Shown piece after piece: positions 1 through 11,154 of a stretch of DNA of 64,000 nt. The stretch lies in contig CM119265.1 of NCBI GenBank assembly GCA_051294375.1, forward strand, positions 13,384,124 through 13,448,123. Reading direction: 5' to 3'. A program made the translations under genes and the position numbers. Position 1 is the stretch's first letter, and every line of letters starts with the position of its first letter. Origin of the DNA: Paraspadella gotoi (Eukaryota; Animalia; Chaetognatha). The notes under the pieces are model-generated. The model saw nothing but the letters and a program-made list of their open reading frames with translations. It had not been told where the DNA came from and ran no database searches.

Positions 1-3000
1 TAGAATGCGATGAGAACGATAAGTTGGAACCTCAGAAAGATCGAGTAGCAAAGCAGCTCAATATTTTTGTTTTGATTCTACTTTAAAGCGTCTGATTGCC
101 CCTAGTGTTGAGGCAATAATTCACTTTGTATATGCAAAGTTTTAAAAGATAAAGATGTGTAAATCGCGAAAAAGTGAAAATTAATAACGCCTAATTATGT
201 GTTATTTCAAAAGCAAATTTTATCTTTGACATATAATCTACAGAATAGATTTGGAATAGCACCCCTAATTTATCAAATTCTACGACTAATAACTATTCAC
301 AACATTCACCAAGCTAATCGATGTATAACATAACGGTTCATGTTACTAAAATACGATGAACGCGCATCGAACTTCCACGACCTTAAAGAACATCCTCAAA
401 AACACTCGCAGAACAAGGAGTAACACAGCCCTCCTCAACACGTCAGTCGGTGACTCACGAAGATTCCGTTTCGACTTCCTTTTAGACTTTGCCGAATTTT
501 ACCAGCGACGCCAGATGTTCACTCTCTGGGATTTCCCGCTGTCCAACTTCGAGGGTCTAAAAGAATTCCGCTCATCCGACGCAACGACGGAAACCTTACT
601 TCCTGGTCAAAGGACCGATCGAAAAAAACGTGAGCCCTTTCGGAACGATCGCATGAAGCGCTGGAAGAAAATAAACGAGTCGAGACTGCGACGCGATTGG
701 ACGCCGTTTTTAGAGCGGATCCTCGTCTCGATTAGAGGTGACACAGCCCGTCTTGTTCTCCGCGGTCGACAGACACATGTCTCTGTACATCCATATTTCG
801 CCATGCCAAAGCTTCGTGTCGACAGCAAATCGGAGACCAGTTTCCAAATCGTTTGAATATCGTAGTGTGTCGGTCTTGGCGCGTGCTTGCTTCCGATCAC
901 GCATCCAGTCCTTGTCAAAATGCCCCTATTGTGAGATGGAGGATACCACGTTTGTGTTAAGCGAGAGCGGAACCGTTACTTGGCTAGTGCTCGGGAAACT
1001 TTTGATGCGTGTTGTGGGTGAGAAAAAAAAAAAAAATTCTGAAAGTCTGGCATTATGCCTATTTTTTAACATAATTTAAAATGTTTGTTGTTAATCTTAA
1101 ACCACAGTTGAAATCATCAACACGATATGAAATTCTATAATTCTTTTTTGTATAATTTGATCCCAGGTTGTCGGGTCGGGCTTGCTGCTTCATTTCCTTT
1201 TTGCGTGACTCCCTGAAAGATATCTCTTCATTACCTGGCTTTAAGCTGTTAAAAAACTTATTAGCAAAATGTGAACGGAATGTATGAAAGACACACGTTT
1301 TTTTCAGCTGACATATTTACACTTTTTTGAAACTTCTTGATACATATACTCGATGTGCTCATTTGTTTTATTTAAAGTTTTCATCTGATCTGATTTCTCG
1401 GATCGGCGAGACCAGCGGCTGCACGAAATACATGCTCCTTTATACCTGACGCGTGGTGTATGTTGTTGCTAGAATACCTTTGCTATTAGACGTCAATCGC
1501 CCACAAAGTTTTCTTAGCCGTTTCTTGAATTTATTTTACCTTGTTTATCGTTTCATTCGAGTAGGTTACATAGACAAATGTAACTAAAAAATCAGCATTT
1601 AGACATTTTAGTTCCGCGCTTCTAATAAGCAATAATGAAAATCTCAACAAACGCGCGCCGCAAGATGGACGACCGCTGCCCCCCGCAGTCCTTAACGCCT
1701 CCTCTGAGGGAATCGCTTTATCGCGGGTCGCCTGGCACCAACGCGTTACCCCTATGGCCTACCCCACCGGCCCCAGGGATGGGAGGTCCTTCCCCTCGTA
1801 CGATTCGAAACAAAGTGGCAAATCGCCGCCGCCTCCGCCGCCTGGTCACGTTTCAGCCTGCATCCAGAGAAAGAGCGCAAGGTGACATATACATTGTTTA
1901 TTGTCAATGTTCTATTTTCCTCGGGATTGTGATGCGGTCCAGAATACGCTTCTTCTTCAATAGGTGGCGTGGACCTGTGGTCGTGCGCGAATCAGGGATT
2001 TCATAGTTTCGTCCAGTCATCACCACTTGTCCTTTTTGCCGTCCAGCAAACTCACGCACGGTTGTCGAAAACGATCATGGCGGACGTTACCTGGCTGGCG
2101 TGCGCGGTCTCGCCATCATGGGGTGAGAACCAGAAAGAAGTATATACCTTTATTTCGTGTGAAAATTTACCGCAGAAACGTTACATCTATAGTTTCGGCT
2201 TAAGTATAATACAATCGTAAACGCTAATGAATTGCTCACGCTTAATGTCAAGCAGTTGTTTGGTAGGTCTGCTCCATGATTCATTTTGCTTGGACGACTG
2301 CAAAGACGCGTCTACAGTTCGCCTATGTATGCAATAAAGCGTCATCACCAGAAATTCCACGGCTGTGAGACGTGAACGAACCGAAGATAAACTGCCGCTC
2401 TGCGATACATACATCTATGTTTGCGCAATTAATGCAGTATCCTCGTCGTACTCTGACATTCTAACTAAAAGTAACGTTGAGAAATTTCTCCAGTGTTTAT
2501 CCACAGTTTTTATCGCTTTTATAATCTGGTCAAATTGATTTATAATTTCTAGTGCTTGTATTTAACGTTTTTTTCGCTTAATAAATATTCTTGTGTCTGA
2601 AATACATATTACTTCTATTGTGTGGCTCTCTTTTCTGAGATGCCTCATTTATGTTCTTACATCAAGAATTTTACTTTTAACCTCATATACAATAAGTGTA
2701 ACAAATTATAAATTTTAACTTTAATTAAATTCTAAAAGTGACGCAACTAACAACCTTAATACTATATGAACATTTCTGTATAAAAAAAATAATATTATAA
2801 AATTTTACATTTCACGCAGTTGTCCATATATATTTATACATAGTACTAATCCATTAAATGTTAAATTTTAATATAGTTTTTGGTAAGCATTTTTTTGCAG
2901 GATTGGATTGGAGTCATGAATTATAAAGAAAGTAAACTTTTTTTGAAAAATTATTTTATCAAGTTCGTCAAATATCAGAAAAACTCATATATGTAAGCTG

Positions 3001-3374
3001 AAAATTAAAATTTTATATGTTAAATATAGTTTTGTTAATTTTTCGTGAAAGCTCCAAGCTACTATAAAACATATGCAGTGTTATAGTAATATGACTGGTT
3101 TTATCATTACTATTTTAAAGTAAATATTCCAGGACTTCAAATCTCGCCGTAGCATTGTCACTTATCACACACTGAGCAAAGGCTGCTGCTGCTGCGCTGC
3201 TGGAATTTTTGACATGCGACCCACGTCTGCTGTACGAATAAGTTGTTGTGAAATTTTCTTGGTTGGCATTCCGTCGGGTTCGTATGACTACTAAAAAAAA
3301 ATACAAAAAATGACAAAAAAACCAAGTAAAAAAAAAAGTGATAGAGATCCCTCAACTTCTCTTTTCCGAATTCT

Positions 3375-5141
3375 AATGATTAATTTCGGTATACGAGACC
3401 AGAAAAATGTTTCACTTTTTTGGCCCGCCATAATTTGTTTCTTTGATTTTTAAAAATAATATTAACAAAACAAAAAATCAACGTACAAAAATAATGGAAA
3501 AATTAAAACGAAGGATAAGAATATAATGAAGAGATTGTCCTTCAAACTATATAAGTATATATTGTATTTATCTGCCTTACCAAGGAAATCAAAACTAGCA
3601 CTATGACTAATGCATCTAGAATATTTTTTTAAGGCTTATAGGCAGACTATCTTTATAATTCTTCCATTTATTCGAATTGAATTTCAATTGCAGTTTGGAA
3701 ATCCGGTTTCGAAATCTTTCCGAGTTAAAACCCGCCTAGTGTAGTGGGTTTAAGCCAGTCGGCAGCAGCATAGCCCGGGGAAAAGCAGCGCCGCTGCGTC
3801 GGCAGCAGATTGTTCCAGCAGAACCTGACTTATTTTCTGTACAGATGCCTGAAGCTGCCAATGAAGGTGCGGCTTATTCTTCGATCTGAAGCAGAGCTAC
3901 GTCTATATTAGAACCCACTGTTCTCGCGCAATAAAAAAATCGTGCGTTAATTGTGAAAAAACCCGAAAAACTAGTAACACAAAACGCGCAATTAAAATAA
4001 AATAAAATAAAAACGATGGCGGAAAAACAACAGCCTTTTAACCCGGGCTATGGAGAACCGCCTCCTTACCCGGGTGCCCCTTATCCGCCAATGGCAGCCT
4101 CCCCGCATATGGGAGCGCCGCCCCCGCAAATGGGACAGCCCCCTCCTGCTGGTTCTCCGTCCCCAATGGGGCCACCGCCTCCCGGAACTTATCCGCCGCC
4201 TCCGATGGCTTACCCTCCTCCACCCGGACAACCGGGATACCAGCAAGGTAAGTTTTTTTNNNNNNNNNNNNNNNNNNNNNNNNNAATGATTAAATTTCGT
4301 AATAGAAAACCAGAAAAATGTTTCACTTTTTTGCCCGCCATAATTTGTTTACTTTGATTTTTAAAAAAATATTTAACAAAAACAAAAAACAACGTACAAA
4401 AATAATGGAAAAAATAAAAACGAAGAGTAAGAAATTAATGAAGAGATTGTCTTCAACTATATAAGTATATATTTATTTACATGCCTTACCAAGGAAATCA
4501 AACTATGACTATGCATCTCAGAATATTTTTTTAAGTTATTACGAATCTTTTATAATTTTCCATTTAATATTCGAATTGAATTTCAATGCAGTTTGAAATC
4601 CGGTTTTCGAAATCTTTCGAGTTAAACCCGCTCGTGTAGTGGTTTACAGTCGGCAGCAGCATAGCCCCGGAAGCAGCCGCTGCGTCGGCAGCAGATTTTC
4701 CAGCAGAACCTGACTTAATTTTTGTACAGATGCTGAAGCTGCAATGAAGGTGCGGCTTATTCTTCGATCTGAAGCAGAGCTACGTCTATATTAGAACCCA
4801 CTGTTCTCGCGCAATAAAAAAAATCGTGCGTTAATTGTGAAAAAACCCGAAAAACTAGTAACACAAACGCGCAATTAAAATAAAATAAATAAAAACGATG
4901 GCGGAAAAAACAACAGCCTTTTAACCCGGGCTATGGAGAACCGCCTCCTTACCCGGGTGCCCCTTATCCGCCAATGGCAGCCTCCCCGCATATGGGAGCG
5001 CCGCCCCCGCAAATGGGACAGCCCCTCCTGCTGGTTCTCCGTCCCCAATGGGGCCACCGCCTCCCGGAACTTATCCGCCGCCTCCGATGGCTTACCCTCC
5101 TCCACCCGGACAACCGGGATACCAGCAAGGTAAGTTTTTTT
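3375..5141. repeat. ~880-bp direct duplication (3375-4259 vs 4285-5141) across a 25-N gap; probable assembly false duplication containing LITAF-A exon 1 twice
   Basis: Both copies start aatgatta(a)tttcg and end at cagcaag|gtaagttttttt. They differ mainly by single-base indels; copy 2 (ATG 4898) has a +1 A and a -1 C in exon 1. Gap at 4260-4284. Confidence 0.85.
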
Positions 5142-6615
5142 TCGTTCCGAAGTCACGGAACAAGTCGAGACATCACGGTCGATACGGTGTCATTAGTCTT
5201 CCTCATTAATAAAATTTAACGAGCGAATATCATGATATTCGCTCGTCTTCAGTCAGTGATGTTTACCGAAACGGTGGGAATAGACTATATATGTCGCTTA
5301 ATGGCATATTTTTTCAAATAAAAATTGGGTAAAATAAATCTTTATTATACTATCTATTAAAAAAGCTATATCACATAATGTTGAAAGTTTATTTATTTAA
5401 TAAAAAATATATTAAACATGGGTAAAAAATTATCAATATTTGATATGCTTCCCTGGCATCAACTACTGCTGTATTCGTCTGAGCATGCTCTCGTACAGCG
5501 AATTGAGTTTATCAAACAGCGAATTCAAATGTGCAATTTATTCTTTTTGTCAACCCCGATTGTTGGGATGGTTTAGCGACATCTTCTTTAATTTTTTGAA
5601 AGCTATAAGTATAATGGCACTTTTTTAACCAAAAAGAGTTGAATTGAAAAAAAAACTTTATTTTGAATAAAAAAATAACGAAATACAAAAAAATAGTGGA
5701 AAACTAAAAAATATTTTTTTCCATTTTCCTTTGAAATTAGCGATATTTTTTTTGCTTGTAATTTCTAAACAATTTGACCTGATCGGAAAAAATGGAAGAA
5801 GTTATGAAAATAACTTTATGTAAATTCGGAACATTCTATTTTTTTTTTAAATCAAACAAGGTTTTTTGAGTAGATATCCTCGACTAAAAAAATGTGATAT
5901 ACTTTTTTCCTAGATAGTAATTATTATTATAATTATTGCTTTTATCGCATCAATTTCTTTGACTCTTTTAACTTAACTTAACTTAAGGCGGTTATCCGGC
6001 TCCCCCTCGATGGTTCAACCTTCGGTGGTCGTGGTTCAGAATATGAATCTTGGATTTTACCAGACGGCCGTCACCTGCCCTTACTGTCAACAATTGGTTA
6101 CTACGAGAGTCGATTACGAAACGGAGGACTCACTTGGTTGGCCGTTGGAGGACTCGCCTATCGTAAGGCTTCTGAGGTGAAGGCTCTCCTTGTTAATCTT
6201 TAATTTGACGAGATTTAATTGGACGAGAATACATCAGTAAAGTTATTTATAGGCTATAAATTAGCAAATTACTTATTTATATTTTGCGACTAATACAAAA
6301 CTAGTAACGGGATTAGCCTCCTTTTTTTTAATGTTTAAAAGCGAAAGCAATATAAGCAATATATTATCTTGTAAGAGTGATGGAGGCGTTAAAACCACCA
6401 AAGCCTGTCCAAAGTCAGGGGCAAGATAGCTTCTTTTTTAAATGAATGGATAATTTTTATATTGGTTGTACCAATTTCATAAAATTGTTCTTACTTAAAT
6501 TACAGTTGTTGGGGAGGTTGTTGCTTGATCCCATTCTGCATCAACGACCTCAAGGATTGTCACCATATTTGTCCCAGTTGCAGCATAGACTATCGCCACA
6601 AAGAGAAGGCTTTGA
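4016..6615 (+). CDS. LITAF: LITAF/CDIP1-family protein (gene A), Pro-rich N-terminus plus LITAF Zn-knuckle domain
   Basis: Exon 1 4016-4247 (duplicated 4898-5129) MAEKQQPFNPGYGEPPPYPGAPYPP...GYQQ|gtaagt. Exon 2 5988-~6162 VVVVQNMNLGFYQTAVTCPYCQQLVTTRVDYE..GGLTWLAVGGLA. Exon 3 6506-6615 CWGGCCLIPFCINDLKDCHHICPSC..TIATKRRL*. CxxC - hydrophobic segment - HxCxxC is the LITAF signature. Several single-base indels must be assumed. Confidence 0.9.
5219..5246. repeat. 28-bp perfect palindrome in LITAF-A intron 1
   Basis: acgagcgaatatca|tgatattcgctcgt. Confidence 0.85.
6362..6484 (+). repeat. Short dispersed repeat family, copy 1 (LITAF-A intron 2)
   Basis: attatcttgtaagagtgatggaggc..aaaaccaccaaagcctgtccaaagtcaggggcaagatag..atggataatttttatattggttgtaccaatttcata. 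Related copies at 19548-19665(-), 20122-20300(-), 39313-39360(-, partial), 55815-55930(+) and 56290-56412(-). Confidence 0.85.
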
Positions 6616-7406
6616 TATTGTAAATTTAACTTACGGTGGTATTATTGTCGAGATTTAAAGATTGGTGTACTACATAGTTTGTTAACATGTGACGATAATC
6701 AATAATTTTTTCTTTTTTTTAAATTTTTGTATAATAAGTTTATTTCATCATAAAATTTGTATTGTATTAATTTTAATAAAATACAATTTTAATTTTATTT
6801 TGTGTATTTTGATTCTACGAGTAGCTAAGTATTTTTTTAGAAAATGAAAAACTCACCCGAACTAAATTAAACGCGCGAGTAAAACCACTTTACGGGATCG
6901 GGATTGTTGTTGTTGTTGTTGTTTTTTTTTGTCTCAGCAGTCTGGCAACGCTACCAACCGGTTTTTGCAATTATCTATTCCTGCCCAGTTGGCATAAAAT
7001 AAAAAGTCAGATTTTTTATCTTACGTTTGTATGTCTTAATTTAGGTGTATTAGCTTCACTAATTGGGAGAGTTGTGCTCAAGATGAAGAGATTCAAAAAG
7101 TCATGCCTATAAAATCTAGTGGAGCATAAAATTTAGGGAGAAACACTAATTTGTCCCTGTTTCTCGTTAAAAGTCAAAGAATCAGAGACGAAAGCCATAA
7201 AAACGAAAACAGCCTCGCCCTTTCTTTGAAACCTGTTTAATCTCCAAACCTTCTCGACGGACGACGGCAACGGATCCGCCCAACGAAAAGGAAAGTTCCT
7301 GTCGAGCCTAGACGTCTGAGATTATTGCAGAATCGAGACCAACCGGAGAAACCGCCAATCTTTTAATTCGCAATACGGAACAACTGATAGACGGGACTCA
7401 TCGACG

Positions 7407-8110
7407 ATGGCTTTGGTGCAAGAAACGGAAATTCATCGCAGCGTCAAGGTTTTCCCGCAATCGGCCGCTTACCAGCGTCAAGAGTCGCACCACAGCGTGC
7501 ACAGCCGAGAAATGCAGCATAGCGCCGAAACGTTTTCGACGCCTCAATTTCAGTCGAGCGTAACTCAAGTGCAGCGTATCGTAGGAGGTTCAGAAAAACA
7601 ACCCGACGGTTATATACGAAAGCAACAGAAAAGCAGCGTCAAAGGTGAGACTAATATATTCAGTAAGTCACTTTATTTATGGTTTGATTCCTTCAAGTGA
7701 CGCCGTTTAGTGAAAAAGTGATTTTTCGGCAGTGGTGAGCTACCCTGGAGTAGCGCAAATCACCATGGCAACGCCCGTAGGATTGGAAGAGGCTGTCGTC
7801 CAGTGTCCATCCTGTCACCAACTCGTCACGACACGCGTCGAGCGAAAAAAGGGGTAAATTCGATTTTGGATTATTCGAACTTTTTCATGATCTATCATTT
7901 CTCAAATCATATTTTCGGTTAAGCCCGTGCAACAAAATGTTTCGCAACCTCGGCAAGCCGACCATATTCAACTCGAGTTCATTTTTCTTTATAATTTTAA
8001 TCCCTTATGTCAGGGGTGGCCTGTTTTCTTGCTGCAAGGGTGGATCGAAAGAAGCTCAACACTATTGTTCCTTGTGCAATGGAAAAATCGAAAAAAATTA
8101 TTTGATATGA
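7407..8110 (+). CDS. LITAF-like protein (gene B), divergent, apparently lacking the hydrophobic anchor
   Basis: Exon 7407-7644 (..QQKSSVK g|gtgaga), exon 7733-7853 (VVSYPGVAQITMATPVGLEEAVVQCPSCHQLVTTRVERKKG|gtaaat), exon 8014-8110 (GGLFSCCKGGSKEAQHYCSLCNGKIEKNYLI*). Intron phases are consistent; CPSCHQLVTTRV and HYCSLC match LITAF knuckles. Confidence 0.8.
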
Positions 8111-8375
8111 TGTTGATAATAACAGCCGTCACACACTTGTATTATTGATTTCTCACGTCTTGTAATTTGTTTATTCATCTCTCTTGACTGAAATACACCG
8201 TTTAAGCAAACCATTCGCTTACAATATGGAACACCAATTTGAAACAATAAATTTAAGGTAATATCTAAAGCTAAACAAGATTATCATTTGAGATGTTTTA
8301 GAATATATAACGATGCATATTTACAGAATCAATTAATCGTATAATTGCAAATGTTTTCTCCATTGAGAAACATCT

Positions 8376-9435
8376 TTAGCCAACCATCGTCATCCCACAA
8401 TTACCCGCCCCTTCCGGTCTCAAGCAGCTCAGACCTTCGGCACGGGACGAAGAGCCCGAGGAAGACCTCTCGAAATCGACGCCGACGGCGAGATAGATGA
8501 AGAGGTTGGCGAAAGAGTTAAAGATCTCCAGAAAGTTGAGAAAGTCTCCAGGATTTCGATCTGCACGTCCGTGACGATGTGGGCGATCATCTTGGAAATC
8601 AGCGGAATGTGAGAGACGACGAAGACGAACGCCACCGTCACCACCATTCGTTGAAATTCGTCCAGGTCGTTGCAGCGGTTGTTGTTGTTGTGTTTAAAGC
8701 TCGCGTTTCTTCGTTTGACGCGCCCATACGACAATGACGGCGCTGCAAGCAACAGAGACCGTCCACGAACAAATGAGCGTCAAACCGACGGCGAAGAAAA
8801 AGTATCGCCAGAAGTCGTGTTTGGTCGATCTGGCCGGAGATCAGGCACGACCTGAAAAATTCAAGGATCAGGGAGATTTCGCCGGATAAGTTGACTTTTC
8901 GCCGGGACATGTGTGATACTACTTGTTTAAAAGTGTATGTGCGCTTAAAGTGACCGAGAGGAGAGAGAGATTTTTCCGTCAGTTGCCCTGCTTTCCGGAA
9001 CTTCGGATCCGGCGGTAGGCTTGCTACCGGTGGTTTAACCGGCCCGTCTCTCTTTTTGCAAGGACTGTTCCGACCAGGGCTTGATCCCGTGATCATTGGG
9101 TTCGGAGTTGAAGCGTTAGCCCAGTGCACGCACGATTACGGCGCTGATGGAAGGAACAGTCGTATCCAACGGGTAATGATTTTACATCACTACACGCTTA
9201 TGTTTTATTTGTTCAATAACCATAACCTGATGGCGGCAAGAGGAAGACAAAAAATCGCCATTGGCGCCACGCCCCATGCCAACGTTTGGCGCAGGCAGGC
9301 GAGGCGAGGGTTGACGCTGGCGATGAGACAATCCGCGGCGGCGCGGCGCTGAACCGGAAACAGAACGTAGGTGGCGCGTTTATAGGCGATGTAGGCCGTT
9401 AGATGGCGGTTGGTGTAGCTGTGGGGAGAGAGAGA

Positions 9436-9502
<67 letters not shown>

Positions 9503-10189
9503 CTCAAGCTCAAACTAAATTACCGAAAACAAGCAAACAAACTGACGTTGCGAAATAAACAAAGACCGCGAAGATGGCTACTTTGACGTCGAGCCCGTCC
9601 TCATCGCATGCCACGTCGTCCGCGTCCAAGATTTGCGTCCAGAAGAAACCGACGAAGACGACGACGCAGAGGAGGATGTCCGATGCGGCGAGAACGGACA
9701 GATCGATGGGTCCCTTGACGGACAGACGGATTGGCGAATAATTGAACATTTTAAGAATATTTTTTAAAAATGAGAAAAAAGTTCAACGGAGTTTGTTTTT
9801 TTTTTTTTAGCTGACGGGCGGCTATGTACAAAATTGAGGGCTCGAAGAAAAAAAATGTCCATTTCATTAACTCACTTGACATGCCAGAGTTGGGACCGGC
9901 GAGCACGACGACAACGACGACGACGATCCGTACGACTGTTTGGGACGAACCGCTTCCACCAAAACTATCAACACCAGGAAATTGGCAAATATGGTCACCG
10001 AGGCGAGGATTCCGTTCGGAACGTCCACGAATTCCGCCAGGATTTGTTCTTTTTTTTTTTTTTTTTTTGAATAAAGAAAGGAGGGAAGAGTAAGGGCAAG
10101 AGTGGCAGCCCCGGAGTAAATTTAAGAAAAATAGAGTCTGACTTACTTGGGCAAAATGGATTCGTGATATTTTCGTACGTCGATGTCAT
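8376..10189 (-). CDS. Divergent class A (rhodopsin-like) GPCR, peptide-receptor/chemoreceptor-like, with indels
   Basis: Exon 10189-10147 MTSTYENITNPFCP|gtaagt (N-glycosylation site). Exon 10048-9876 TM1 NGILASVTIFANFLVLIVL. ~9750-9523 TM2 LSVLAASDILLCVVVFVGFFW and TM3 start. ~9425-9227 TAYIAYKRATYVLFP and TM4 LAWGVAPMAIFCLP. 8851-8376 TM6 RMVVTVAFVFVVSHIP and TM7 EIFNSFANLFIY. Frameshifts needed in the last exons; exact stop uncertain. Confidence 0.8.
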
Positions 10190-11154
10190 TTTAAAATTCC
10201 TTGACTAAGGGTAATCGAAATCGGTTGCATTCGGAGATGAAGATATTTTTTTTTTTTGACACATGTAAACAATCCGGAGCGGGGTTTAAGTCGTAATTTG
10301 ATTTTCTCAACGAAAAGTTTACTCATTCAAAAATCAAGAATCTGTGAATTTCTCTCGTAGAGACAGCTGATGCAGCGAGCATCGATAAAGGAAACTGTTT
10401 GATTGTCATTTTTTACGTAATTACTTATTCAATATATTTATTCAGTGTATTTATTAGCTAAAACATCTTTCTTAAATTTTTCTCTTCTAGCCCTTTACAG
10501 ACTAATGAATAATGGCTTTTATTAGGGATGGGTTTTTTTTTATTTAAAAGCATAACAACAACAGGGTAAGAATCAAACGAGCGATTAGAGTCGAATAAAT
10601 AAAATCAACTTTAAAAAAAGAAAGAAACGAACACGGTTCAAAAAGTGATAGAAACAAAGCATTTTTATTAAACCAGAAAATTTTTTTTAAGGTCACATTC
10701 GAGAGTCAATCCGGCTTTTTCAAAACTCTTTGTTTCCAATGCTTCGTTTCGGCATTACGGTCGCAAATGTCACAAATGATAATATAAATATATTTAAACT
10801 ATGCGTTCGTCCAATGAAACATGAAATAATTGCATAACGTAAAGGCCACAATGAAAAAAGTATAAAAAAGTAAAAAAAAATTCATTGGTTATATGCGCTA
10901 AATAAGAATCCAGTGATTGTTAATTTCGACGTCGACAGATGGCGAATCGGACGGAAATTCCGAGTGTTTCTCATTGGCGGAAGTTGATAGCCAATCATCT
11001 TCATTCTTCTCGCAGTTGTTTTTCGGTAATCCATATCGGTCCGAGGAGGGCAAAACTCCACCAGACGCTTGAAACGGCGTTTTAAGCCTTCAAGTCTCGG
11101 AAAGAACCAATGCCCATGGGTCGAGTCCCCAAGTCTGGGGTCGAACCCAATCGT

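Noticed and set aside
356-856. 166-aa plus-strand ORF as a gene
   Set aside because: No recognisable motif, and overlapping ORFs on both strands look equally plausible.
4285-5141. Second copy of LITAF-A exon 1 as a real tandem exon or alternative promoter
   Set aside because: It abuts an N gap and differs mostly by indels, typical of unmerged contig overlap.
5988-6615. Frameshifts in LITAF-A, the GPCR and the protease as pseudogenisation or programmed frameshifting
   Set aside because: Single-base indels are scattered across several otherwise intact genes, often in homopolymers; long-read error is more likely.
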